This document shows, one piece after another, positions 26,406-39,081 of a stretch of DNA of 64,000 nt (within the stretch, counting starts at the first letter, position 1; each line of letters opens with the position of its first letter). Origin of the DNA: Malacoraja senta (Eukaryota); the NCBI GenBank assembly GCA_038087875.1, contig JAXLNO010005136.1:1-64000 (forward strand), read 5' to 3'. Made by a program: the position numbers and the translations under genes. The notes under the pieces were generated by a model. It was given only the letters and a program-made list of their open reading frames with translations, was not told the DNA's origin and made no database searches.

Positions 26406-28311
26406 TATCTAAAATGCGATTGGATAACCTTGCTAATATCCATTAAGTTGATTAATCAAGTCACCTCAGTAGTTCAGTTTGTATCCATATTCTGTAGGTT
26501 ATTTCCCAGAAGAATCACCTTCTAGTTTAATATACAATATGCAGCTTGTTGGGTGCTGAGGTACATCTGCTGTAAGGCTCTGGCTCACTTAAGGCATGAA
26601 GAGTCGATGACTATTATTGCAGCTGTAATTTGAGAATTTACATTTACCAGACGGTGATCTCTTGTATAAAGAGACATTTAACGTCTTTAGTCAAAGACTA
26701 CTGTTGCAGGGAGGGTCCCGATTTTTTTAGATGGTTACTGACCACTTGGATGGAGGTGGATGTCTGAGCCTGTAGTTGACCATGCTTGCTGATGTTTTAT
26801 ATAGTAGTACTACACACCAAATTTGTGCAGGGAGCATTACCTGGAGATTTGTTTAAGAAAGAAGTGCAGATGCTGGAAAAACCTGGAGATTTTGTTATTT
26901 CTCCATTTTGTAAACGGATACATTCTGTAGCTGGAAAATATTTACTAAATCAAATATCCCGTTAATGCAGTAAAGGAGCCGGATTGTCTGAGGAGCCATA
27001 GGTTCTGGTTTTGTTCTCTGAAGGCAGGTGCATGGTACAAAGGTATTATTTGCACCATTGGGTTGTAAGGGTTGAAGTTAGATGTCTGTTTATTGGTATC
27101 ATTGTTCTTACTGATTAACTGCAGTGATCCTTGTATACCAATGCTATGTGAGGAACTGTATAATCGGGAGGTTTTATCCAAGTCCTTTATTAGACATCAC
27201 AGAGAATCATTTCATTGCCTGACTAGTTAAACTGAACCAGTTGTTGTTGATACACATAGGAGAGCTGAGGGAAGCAACACAATAAAACAAGTTTGTATTA
27301 AACAGAGTGATAAAACTCTGGGGAAGTAAGGAAAAATGTTTTTGATATAAGCTGTTATTGATAGGTGTCAAAGGAAAGGCTGGCACAAATCACAGCTGCT
27401 CCACGCAGAAACTGCTTAATGTGACTCAAACATTTTGCTGTAGTATTTATGTGTCATTGTACTTTAATAGGTGCCTATCGGCCATGATTACGTCCCAGTT
27501 TATCTGCTTGTGAGGTGTGGTGGGCAAAAGTGATGAACGCATTTCAGTGTAGAAATCTCCAGATGCCAAATTTTCCTTGTATGCCCATAAATTGCATGAA
27601 CTATACAACAGAACAGTACACCACAAGAACAGTCCCTTCAGCCCACATTGTCTGCGCCAAATATGATGCCAAGACAATCTGCCTTATCTGCCTGCATGTA
27701 ATCCATTTGCCTATGATATGAATAAAAGACAGCTTTAAACATGCAGGGAATGCTCAGCAGTCAATCAGCATCTGAGAAGGTGATTACAGTTGCTGACCAT
27801 TCATCAAAGTTGAATGGTACTAAGATTCAGGCTAGTTGACCAAATGGCTTTGGATTTTGAACCATGCATTTGAAACAGAAACATCTGAGCAACAATTCCA
27901 TTCTGCCCCATCTGCCTGCTTTGCCTCAGTAGGAGTAATCTTTCCTCAGAAAACAGAGCAAACATTTTCAGCATTGTAAACTGCAGAATGGAAGGTTTGA
28001 TCAGTGGAGCTGTTTAACTCTTGTTAGAGCAAGCGATGATTTCTGCTAAGATGCTTCATAATAGTGCTTATAATTGCTTCATAATAACTTGTGCGTTGGT
28101 GAATGAAATGTTTGAATTTTGAAAACCGTATCTTAGGTGGTTAGATTGTGATTTATTTGTCTGATGCTGTTTAAGCATTGTAAAAAATATATATAAATTC
28201 AGTTTCCAAAAAATATTGTTGTGGATATCCTGATCAGTCATTAAACCCAGGATGTGCTGATGTGAATATTACTAATGCCAAGTTCTCTCTCTTTCTCTTT
28301 ATCCCCTGCAG

Positions 28312-28563
28312 CCTCAGTTCACGAACTTGGGGCTCCTCAACAGTATGGAGCAACAAATACCGAACGGATCATCCTCCACCAGCCCCTACAACAACGACCA
28401 CACTCCCAGCATCACAGCACCCTCGCCATATGCTCAGCCCAGCTCCACCTTCGAGGCTCTCTCACCATCACCAGCCATCCCGTCAAACACAGATTACCCA
28501 GGCCCACATGGGTTTGATGTGTCATTCCAGCAGTCCAGCACAGCCAAGTCTGCCACATGGACA
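28312..28563 (+). CDS. TP63: TP63 exon 4 ([15 protein letters not shown]...[12 protein letters not shown]), 252 nt
   Basis: Branch-like ACTAAT at 28271, then a pyrimidine tract and ctgcag| acceptor. Donor is ACA|gtaagt. The translation is typical p63. Confidence 0.98.
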
Positions 28564-29793
28564 GTAAGTTATCTCAACCAACAATTTCCTGGTGCATGCA
28601 CGGAATTTGATGTTCACCATATATATGACAGCTTTAATAGCATCCAACTCAGTGGGTAAGCTTTGGTTTCTAATATTGAAAAATACATCTACCTTGAAGG
28701 TTTGGTCAAGTTTGTGAAATGGGCAAAAAAGGAAAAATGGTGTTTATTATTTTAAGATGATACATTTTGGAAGGTAGGAACAGGGGCTGGGAATAATCAA
28801 TAGAAGAAGCTGATAAGTATGGAGAGACAGAACCATGTGTTTATTTGTTTTACAAGTGTCAGTGCAAGATTCAGATCAGTGCATTGTCATATCCACCAGA
28901 GTGCAATGAGATTCCATGTTCGCAACAACCGATTCCAGCTGAAATTTATAACTTACAAATATTGAAGAGAGAACAAAGAAGGAATGATAAGTTTGAGCAT
29001 AGTCTTGTTTTCCCATACGTGGAGTTTTGAGGTTACCTCCAGCCATGTGTGAGTGGAATGGTAACAGAGTTACATGGGATAATGGTGCTTTCTTACAGTA
29101 GAAGCGGGAAACGGAGTGGCAGTTTCCAAAGCCGAAGCATTTTGCTAATATGAATAGGAAGGATATTCCTGCTTTGGAGAGGGAATAAAAAGGGAAAAAA
29201 ATGTTTATTTGTTTGAGTATTGAGACCTTGCTTTGTTATGTGCGCTCACAGATAGGAACATGGACATTTTCATTACTTTAAAATAGACATTTTAAAATAT
29301 AATGATTTTTATAATGGCATATATTTTTAAATAGGTAATTAGAGCCAGATGTTGAAACGGTGACTATACATTATAAACTCAGTTGGACCTTGTGTAATAA
29401 GCACAACATTATCAGGCCAGCGAGTTCAAACGGAAAGTGCTGAAAACATTCAGCAGGTCAGGCAGCATCAATGGAAAGAGAAACAGTAAATGTTTCCAGT
29501 CACAAACCCTTTGTCAGAACAGTGCAGTTGTTGAGAAATACTTTGATTTTTAACACAGCTAGGTTTCCTTGATTCCAGGGTAAAATGCTACAAACACAGC
29601 ACCCTGTGGAGATGAGAAGAAATGACCCACAACAGATTGCTGATCCTCTTGTGTAGTGAAAGCAATTGACAATAGTTTCACCATTTTTGCAACTACAGTA
29701 ATTCTGCACAAGCAAAAATAATTTTTATTCATCAGAACCCGTGAGCCGTCAAACCACGTGAGAAACATCAATATCAAACAGAACCAGATCAAA

Positions 29794-29913
29794 TGTAATA
29801 AAAAGGAACTGCAGGTGTTGGTTTAAACCAAAGATAGCCACAAAATGCTGGAGTAACTCAGCAAGTCTGGCGGCATCTCTGGATAGGTGATGTTTCGGAT
29901 TGGGACCCTTTTT
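29794..29913 (-). mobile_element. Short Penelope-derived element
   Basis: Same family. A 15-bp direct repeat CAGAACCAGATCAAA lies at 29779-29793 and 29914-29928. Confidence 0.8.
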
Positions 29914-31534
29914 CAGAACCAGATCAAACGTTTTCAGTTAAATTCTGGTGCTCACGTTCTTTAAAGATCGGTGCATGTTAAGGAAAAGGCATTGAAAAAG
30001 ACAGATGGTTTGTGGATATAACAATGAGTGATGCTGAATCAGTGGACATAGTTGAGCATTTCATAAATACAATTAAATGACATGAAATGTCATTGGAAAG
30101 ATAAAAGTGAATGGAAAGCTCAAGTCTTTTGCAGCATCATTGGAATTGCTGTAATGTGATGTGATAACAAAATTAGAGATACTGGAAATCCTTAGCAAGT
30201 TAGCATTGATGTCAAGTAAACTAGAGTGAATGGGATTGATCACTGGACTTCCATCTGATTGATCAGCATTTGAAGAAAGATGAAACCTTAAATCTGTTTC
30301 CTTCTCCACTTAGAGGTAGAATGTTTCTAATGTCTGAGGATTCAAGGATAGAAAAGCTTAAAGGATTGAGAAGAGGGAATAAAAGAAACTTCCTGACTCA
30401 CAACCATGAGTCCGTGGGATTAGTCATAGAGCTGTACAGCATGGAAACAGACCATGGGCTGGTCTCGTATGTCTGCATTTGTCTTGGCTCTTACTAAACA
30501 GCGAACTCAAATTCCAAAATATACTTGGATTTATTTGTAGTGTACAGTGTTTATGGTCTAAAGGAATTGTGTATTGTTTCAATTAAAATTGCTTTGGCAT
30601 AACATAACATATGACAGAGACATCACAAATGGACAAAGTACCGAAGAATTTAATTTTGAGTCTGTTCTCTGTGTGCCAATGGTATATCAGTCGGTGCGTG
30701 GCAGACAGTACTCTGGTTTACTGATGTCACATTGGTTGTGAATTGGTGAGAACACTTTCGGAATCAGTGCAGCTGGCTCTACGAGCTGGGGTTTTGGACC
30801 TTCACAACCCTGTAGGAAATAGCTTGGCTCTTTGTTCTCCATTGATTCTAAACTGGGATGCCCAGGAATGATTCTGCTTTAGAGTATTCTGTCTTGCTGT
30901 GTGTGAGTGGCTAACCCTCTCTCCCCAGGATACCATGTTTGAGTCCAGACTTTATAGTTTTCATTCAAATACTTGAGCTAAAGCAAGATGCAGCATGCAC
31001 AGAACATCTGCTACCAGCCCATTCAACATGTGACGAGGCACAAACTTGTTTCTGTGCCAAGACCTGTTACGACTTGTTTTTCACATCAAGTACTTCTAAA
31101 CATCAGGCACAGTACCTGGGATTCTATAGATTTCACAATGTTTTGGAATGCCTGTGCACTGAGGAAAAACCTCTGAAATGGAAATCAGAAAAGGTTGAAA
31201 ATCAATCAAATGCGACACATTTACAGTATCGCTCCACAGCATGAAACGGGGCCTTCCTTTGGCCCACTTTGTCCATACTGATCAAGTTGTCACACTGTAT
31301 ACAGAATGGAAACGGGCCCTTCGGCCCAAATAATTCATATTTAGTAAATTTGCGAATGAAACAAAAAATATTGCTATAGTGGTAGTACACAAGGTTATCT
31401 CTGGTTATAAAAAGGATCTGATCAACTGGGCCAATGAACTGAGAATGGCAGATGGAGTTTAGTTTATTATTTGAAGGGGACCTCTGGGGTACACTTTTCA
31501 CACACAGGGTGGTGAGTTGATGGAACACGTGTTA

Positions 31535-31950
31535 GATTCAAGTATTTATCACATTATGCACGTACAGTAAAGTACATGTGCAATGAAAATCTTGTTTCCA
31601 ACAGTTTTACACACAAAACATAAATTATCCAGAACTTATACAAGACAGTGAAGATAAAAAGATGGAAAAACTAATCAGTAATGCTAAATGCAATTAGAAA
31701 ACAAGTCTACAGTAGTGCAAAAGGTGGTCTGTGGTGTTTGTTCCCTTGGGTTAGGGCTGTGCAGGTCATGTTCAACAACCTGATGGATGTCGGAAAGTAG
31801 CTGTTCCTGAACCTGGTGGTGTGGGACTTCGGGCTTCTGTACCTCCTGCCTGACAGTAGCAGCGAAAAGAGAGCATGACCCAGATAGTGAGGATCCTTGA
31901 TGATAAATGCTGCTTTCTTGAGGCAGCACTTCATGTAGATGCTTTAGATG
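31535..31950 (-). mobile_element. Rex1/Babar LINE 3' fragment
   Basis: CLKKAAFIIKDPHYLGHALFSLLLSGRRYRS...RFRNSYFPTSIRLLN. Confidence 0.8.
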
Positions 31951-32587
31951 GAAGAGGGGGCTTTAACCGAGCAGAGAAACACTCCATTGGATTGTGTCCC
32001 ATAAATCTTCTGAAACCTGGTGCTCCCATTAAAAGACAGGACTGCTTGCTTCGAGAAATGTAATTAACAGATAGAATCTTTGTCATGCAAGCAGGAACTA
32101 CCTATTCACATCCCATTTTCCTGCTGTTCCTTCACCCCTGTAATATTTTCCTTTGTGCCCCTCCAGGCTGAGGCTTCCAACTTTTAGGCATGTTCTTTGG
32201 GTATCGCTCACCACCATTCTTTCCAGATTGTGGGCTCTCCCTCCAATTGTACTTTAAATCCTATGTGGTTACACTGAAATGGAGACACAAGAGACTACGA
32301 ATGCTGGAATCTTGAGAAAAAACCCCAAACTGCTGGAGGAGCTCACCAGGTCAGGCAGCATCTGTGGAGGGAAATGGGCATACATTGTTCCGGGTCAGGA
32401 CCCCTGACTCCTCACATCAGTTTGTCAGCTCACACATCCAGTGCAGAGTCCTAACTTTAGAAACCACACTATAACACCATGGACATGAGATAGGTACTGG
32501 GTACCGTGTGGCCTTGGGTTCCCTGTGCCCTAAGTTATGTGGAAAACATCTCTTGCATCCAATTTAATATCTCTTGTTTTACCTGAA

Positions 32588-32770
32588 GCAAAAATGATCA
32601 CTTTGACTGAAGCGGCACTTAAATGTTAAATATAGCTGAAAAACCGTAACCGAAGGGCAAGTGTTTTGAATAAATAAAAGAATGGCATTATTTATTCAAA
32701 ACTCTTTCCCTTTGGTTGCTGATTCTCAGCTATATTTAAGTACTGCTTCAGTCAAAGTGATCATTTTTGC
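32588..32770. repeat. 183-bp near-perfect palindrome (MITE-like hairpin)
   Basis: Arms 32588-32677 and 32688-32770 are reverse complements around a 10-nt loop AAGAATGGCA. Confidence 0.9.
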
Positions 32771-33961
32771 CCTTTCCCCTTACCTCTGTGAACCGGTGTT
32801 GTTTTTTTCCAGACACCAGGCAGGTGTGTGTGTTTTTTTATAGTTTGAAAGAAAGGCTCTATCTGCCTGACACATGAAACAGATTTCAGACTTTGCAGGA
32901 CATGACACTACTTGCAAGCTATGCAAGAGAGGCAAGACCAGAGGCGCCGGAGAGCCTACCAACGCGTCCGTTTGTGTTGTAACTTGCCTGTGTCTATCGC
33001 CCACAGCGTGAGTCTGGGCGAGGGAAGCCACCTCCATTCCAAAAACCTACCTGATCAAACCTGTCCTGCCCTGGCTGAGAAACTTTGAAGTAAACAGGAA
33101 AAATTACTCACCATAGTCATGTGGCTTACTGGAAGATTGGAGCATTGATAATCCAGTAAATGTTCCAAAGAAAACCCATCATTGCCACCAATGACGTTTC
33201 TGTGTGATACTGATCTTTGCAAACATTCTGGGGTATTTCCTACCGATAGGTTTAAAACTGTCTACAGGTTTCTTTTTGGAAAATATTCTTTATTTTAAAA
33301 GAAATTGCAAGTATTTATGGTGTGTGCAGGTCACTATTTTAAGTGTAAGATATCTTTTTCTATTTGTTCATATCAGCAACACATCAACTTTTTCTTCACA
33401 AACATTCCATGACTGACAAGTCCAAGAGGGTTTTACACGGTTCCCCAATGCTCATTGTATAAAGGTAGAAGGTCCTCTCCCTGTGGCCACTCTATGGAGC
33501 CCCAACTGGCCTGTACCCAGCTTCAGAGCATTCCTGGGCAGAGAGCATAAATGTGCCATTCTGCCACATTTGGTTGTGGTCAGCACCTGGCATCAGAAGA
33601 TAGCATGTTTCAGAGAAACCAGAAGCAACTCAATCGCCTTGCTGATCGTCCAGCAGCAGTCATTGTTTGTCTCGGGATGCAACCCTATGAACGTATCATG
33701 GGGCAGAGTCCTGCTCAGGATAGAGTTCCATAAACACCACCGAATCCCTTTATAGACTCTCTAGACCAAAGAACAATCCCAAAGGAGATGTATAACGGTC
33801 TCATCCCCTACACAGCCGTCTCGAGGACAGCGTGTCACGACGCTGTGTATGAAGGACCTTATAAGAGGAGCCTTTTCACCATCAGCCAACTTAGGTTCTG
33901 GTGCTTGTTTGAAACTTCTGGTGACAAGGCATTGCATGAGATCAGAGTGCTCATGGAATGT

Positions 33962-34245
33962 TAAGTTTAGAGATACAGCATAGAAACAGGCTCTTCAGCC
34001 CACCGAGTCCACGCCGACCAGCGATCACCCGTACACTAGTTCTATCCTACACATGAAGGACAATTTAACAGAAGTCAATTAACCTACAACCTGCACGTTT
34101 TGGAATGTGGGAGGAAATTGAAGCAACAGAGAAAACCCATGCGGTCACAGGGAGAACGTACAAACTCCGTATGCGCAGCACCCGTAGTCTGTTTTGAACC
34201 CAGAGCTGTAAAGCAGCAACTCTACCGCTGTGCTGCTGTGGTGCC
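33962..34245 (-). mobile_element. tRNA-derived V-SINE (HE1-like) with CR1-type tail
   Basis: The minus strand has a tRNA-like head (GCGGTAGAGTTGCTGC...GGGTTCAAA), the V-domain GGAGTTTGTACGTTCTCCCTGTGACC, and a tail shared with the CR1 3' ends. Confidence 0.8.
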
Positions 34246-35474
34246 TCTAATGTTTGAATGTCTGACTCGAGATCCACATTCTCCTTTTCCTGTAGGCCTC
34301 CAGAGAATTCCTGGATCATTAGGGTAGGTAGGGGCCATGCTGGCTACATTTTTCTCACCCCTTGTCAGGAGGTTTGTACAGAGCATCTCTGCAGATGAGA
34401 TTCATTTTGGATCTGCAAGCCAAGTGTGTGACTGCTTCAACAGAGAAGTGGGGAATGAGTTGCACCAGTACTGTACAGCAACAGCAAGAGCATCTGGCCC
34501 CTGACAACCAGTTTCTTCCCCACCATCGCGAGGGAGCAGATCATCATTCCCACATTCTCACTTTCTGCTTTGTTGGCTTTGAGCTGCACCCATTTTTTTT
34601 TATGCTGCCTTGGCAACTGCACTCCCTCCCAGCACCCTCACAAAATCATCTTCAGCTGCAAGGTGTGCTGCAGGACTGGATGTTCCTGCCTTGTTTCCAG
34701 CTGTCATTTTAACCTTGGCCTTGTAAACTTTAGAAAACACTCCCAAGCTTAGAAGTTCTGAAGAATAAAAGTCTCACCTTTGCCTTTTAAATCCAGATGT
34801 CTGTTGTATGACTTGCTTGACTGTGGATGGTTTAAGTCTAATCACTAATATTCAAAACAAGCAAGGAACCAGAAATACAAGTATTGCCATTGGATCAGAT
34901 GTGACTGTGCTTACTTTCCTACACTTTAGGGATTATTTAATATTTTAACAGGCTATTTTCTCACGTCATGTTTTCCTAACTGACTGGACACATGAACCTA
35001 ACTCTTTGTCCTTCACGTACTAATTGCCCAGTTCACAGCCTTCAATTCTATAATTTCTCTTCATCTCCAGCATTTGCCCAAAACATACCCAGAATAAGTT
35101 GTCACCATGCCGGCACTGTGGCTGCCTGGGACTGAGGGATGGTAGGGACTGAGGGAGCATTGCACTTTTTTCCCCAGTATAAATAGGACATTTATTTCCC
35201 TCAGCAACATAAATCATTCTTTCCCAAGTTTACGGCAGTGCTGATTACACAACAAACAGGCATGTTAACATGAAGCAGAGAATTATTATAATCTGTGATC
35301 ACTCTCCTCCCCTTCATACCCTCAATCGTGCAGCCTCCCCAGGAGGATCTGTGGATCTGTACATCTGAATTTAAAGGTTTACTGATGTGCAGATTGAACG
35401 TGTTTGGGGACTCAGACGGTCAAGCTCTGCGGGGAGCTGTTGACAGCCCCCCCTCCCCCCCAACCATGGCAGGC

Positions 35475-35660
35475 ACTATGCGAAGGGCAGTACTGAGGGA
35501 GCGCCGTAGTGTGAGAAGGGCAGTACCGAGGGAGCACCGCAGTGTGAGAAAGGCAGTACTGTGGGAGCGCTGCACCACAGGAGGGACAGTACTGAAGGGG
35601 CGCCAAACTGGGAGGGGCGATGAGGGAACGCGGCACTGTGGGAGGGGTGGTACTGAGGGT
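35475..35660 (+). repeat. Degenerate ~33-bp minisatellite (CAGTACTGAGGGAGCGCCGCAGTGTGAGAAGGG-like), about 6 units
   Basis: CAGTAC..GGGAGC recurs at ~33-nt spacing. Confidence 0.8.
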
Positions 35661-36939
35661 TGAAGAACAGATAGGTTTTGAGTTCAAGGAAAGTATGACT
35701 CCCAGGATTTCAAATAGTTTACAAATGGGTCTTTCTACATTTCTTGCTCATTCTAGGATTTCTGTATACATGGTCCTTGTGTATAGACACACCATTTCGA
35801 ACACCTCATCTGCTGCCCATTCTACCAGTATCACTGTCCTGTTTTGTTCTGTCCACTAATGTGGGAATTGTATCCTGCACGGCTTTATTTAACTTACCGA
35901 TATAGAGCAATGAAAGCAGTGGTCCTGGCATTGATCCCTCAACAATACTAGTGAACACTGCCACTCTAAAAATTGTTTGCAACGACTCTGCTTTTGGTCA
36001 GAGCCAGTTTCTTCTCGGTGGAACCGCTGATCGTTTAATACCACAGACTTCAATGTTGCTTTTTGAGTGGGTCTATTAACCACAAACAACAAATCAATGT
36101 TAACTTCAACTTTTTCTGTGTTGCAATATGGCTAATTATCCTTGTGTGACAGAATTCCACAAATTCGCCACCATCTGAATAATTTCTCCTCGTCAGTGCT
36201 AAACGTTCTTCTCCACATTCAGAGACCGCGATGCCTGGCTCTACACTCCCAGCCTGGGGAAGGATCGTGTCACAATGTTGTGTGTTTTGATGAGATTTCC
36301 TCTCATTCTTCTAATCTGGATTTGATTGCTGGTGACAATCTCTCCTTGTGTGGCGGTCTGCTATATCTGGGATAGAATGAAAAAGCTCAGATAGAATCAC
36401 TCAGCAGGTCAGGCAGCATCTCTGGAGAAAAGGAATAGGTGACGTATCGGGTCGAGAGCCTCCTACCTGGGACTGCTCTGGGGAACCTTTGCACTCCCTG
36501 GATGGCAAGTTCAGGTTGAAACACTAGCCTACCATTCCATGGTACAATGTGTTTTGAATTTGTAGTATAGATCTGTACTAAATAACAAATTCTATTTAAG
36601 AACTGCACTAGTTAACCTAGCAGGGCAATTTCTGCCATCTCAGCCAACGTTGTTGCCGACTTACAGAAAGTTTGGGTGACAGACAGTTCTCAGAACCCTG
36701 CGTGACCTGGGGAGTGTTTACACTTAAAGAGAACCGATTCCCTGGTCAGAGGAAGATGATGGGGGTAATTTCTGTGGTCCAGCACCACTCGGCTCCCAAG
36801 CGAGCCAGATTAGAGTTCGAACCTGTGTATTCTTCTTTAGTTCAGCATATGGGAATTGCAGAGTACTCCAGATGTGGTCTCACCATGGTTGTGTATAGAT
36901 GTAGTAAGCCTGCTGCACCGTATGTTGTGACACCTGGTA

Positions 36940-37210
36940 GGAAAACAGAAAGTGCTGGAGGAACTCAGCGGGTCAGGCAGCATCTGTGGAAGGAATGACA
37001 ATAGACAAAGGAGTAGGCCATTCGGCCCTTTGAGCCAGCACCGCCATTCAATGTGATCATGGCTGATCATCCACAATTAGTACCCCGTTCCTGCCTTCTC
37101 TCCATATCCCTTAACTTCGTTATCCCTAAGAGCTCTATCTAACTCTCTCTTGAAAGCATCCAGAGAACCAGCCTCATGGACAGATGATGTTTCGGTAAGG
37201 ACCCTTTAGA
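36940..37210 (-). mobile_element. Penelope-derived short element interrupted by a CR1 3' fragment (36998-37175)
   Basis: The element sequence stops at GGAAGGAATG and resumes at ATGGACAGATGATGTTTCGG after the CR1 tail. Confidence 0.7.
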
Positions 37211-38223
37211 CGTGGAAATTGAATGAGAAACAGAGTATGCTTAACTAGAACTTGTACCAAACTTTTCCCATATTAGCTCTCTCAGTCAAGACCCACACGC
37301 ATGTCCTGACCACTAATAAGGCAGTTCTAGGCACTTAGGAAAGCTAACTCTGGGCAAGCTCTTCAGAGAATGAAAGTGGCAGCAACTGTCTGATGTGCTG
37401 TTACTGCTTTGTTGCTCCTGCCATTGAGTTGGAGACTGCAATCAGGGTTGTTGCTGAGTCGCCCACTTTCTCAGCACTTGCAACTGGTAAACCGGTCTGT
37501 AGCCACAGGGAACTGAGCAAGTTGGAGTTGGGTGAATTCAGAAGCTCTCTCCATAACACCACCTCGTGGATTGAGTTTGCATTGCAACAGTTTCACACAG
37601 CTATTTCCCTACAGACATAAAGGCATTTTTGTGGTCATTTCTAAGCAATGTTAGTTATTTTTTAATGTAGCCAAAATAATAGCATTAAAAGCACAGTAAT
37701 AACAACATTTAAAAGACATTTGGACAGGTACATCGATAGGGATGTTTAGAGGGATACGGCTCAAACACAGAAAAATGGGCCGAATGTAGATGTGGTATGG
37801 AAGGTTGGGCTGAGGGGGTAGTTTCGATGCCGTATGACTGACTAATGCCATATTTTTTATGATATATGGATCCAAAAGGTTTTGAACAGAGAGAATGGTA
37901 ATGTCAGGTAGAGACCAAGGGTCTTTATTGTATTCAGTTTTTGTGATTTGCCAGCAAAGTCAGCATTTCATGGCCATTCTTTTCATTCATTTCATGGCCA
38001 TTCCCCGACAACATTGTATAAATTGCTTCCTAGAACCATTTCAGTTCTTCTAATGAAGCTACACCCCAGGACTGATGGGTGAGGGAGTTCCCCGGTGACT
38101 AGGATTATGTTAGATTTCCAATTCATGGGCATTCTGTCTATATCCTCATATGGTTGGAGGTTTGAGGGCTGTTATAGACAAGATATAGATAAGTCTAGAT
38201 AAGAAACAAACAAATGAATTGTA

Positions 38224-39081
38224 CAGGAATACAATCGATATTCCCGCAGCTCCGCTCTTGCTCCCCCTCCTCCCTTTCATAACAAGGACAGAGTCCCCCC
38301 TGTCCTCACCTCCCACCCCATCAACCGTCGCATACAGCATACAATCGTCCGACATTTTCCCCACCTCCAACGGGATCCCACTACTGGCCACATCTTCCCA
38401 TCTCCACCCCTTTCAGCTTTCCGCAGAGACCGTTCCCTCCGCAACTCCCTGGTCAACTCGTCCCTTCCCACAAAACCACCCCCTCCCCAGGTACGTTCCC
38501 CTGCAACCGCAGGAGATGCAACACCTGTCCCTTTACCTCAACTTTGTGCAAGGACACCAACAGTCTTTTCAGGTGAGGCAGAGGTTCATTTGCACCTCCT
38601 CCAACCTTATCTACTGTATCCACTGTTCCAGGTGTCAACTCCTGTATATCGGCTAGACCAGGCTCGGCGATCGTTTCGCTGAACACCTACGCTCAGCCCA
38701 CCTAAACCTACCTGATCTCCCGGTTGCTCGGTACTTTAACTCCCCCTCCCATTCCCAATCTGACCTTTCTGTCCTGGGCCTCTTCCATTGTCAGAGTGCG
38801 ACCGAGCGCAAATTGGAGGAACAGCACATCATATTTCGCTTGGTTAGCTTACACCCCAGCGGTATGAACATTGACTTCTCTACCTTGAAGTAGCCCTTGC
38901 TTTCCCTCTCTCTCGATCCCCTCCCCCTTCCCAGTTCACCTACGAGTCGTACTGTCTCCGACTACATTTTATCTCTGTACGCCCATTCGCCTGACATCAG
39001 TCTGAAGAAAGGTCTCGGACCAAAACGTCTCTCCAGAGATGCTGCCTGTCCCGCTGATTTACTCCAGCATTTTGTGTCTAC
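38224..39081 (+). mobile_element. Penelope-like retroelement fragment (GIY-YIG remnant)
   Basis: QRFICTSSNLIYCIHCSRCQLLYIG...LGDRFAEHLRS, homologous to 15390-16217. A 13-bp direct repeat CAAATGAATTGTA lies at 38211-38223 and 39082-39094. Confidence 0.85.

Noticed and set aside
32860-32990. Cluster of CWWG cores as a p63 autoregulatory response element
   Set aside because: The half-sites have several mismatches and mostly non-canonical spacing, so they cannot be distinguished from chance without conservation or ChIP data.
33962-34245. tRNA gene
   Set aside because: Only decayed A/B boxes of a SINE head are present, with no cloverleaf. The same applies to 41835 and 58700.
35475-35660. CRISPR-like array
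   Set aside because: The units are degenerate tandem copies without unique spacers, in a eukaryotic context with no cas genes.
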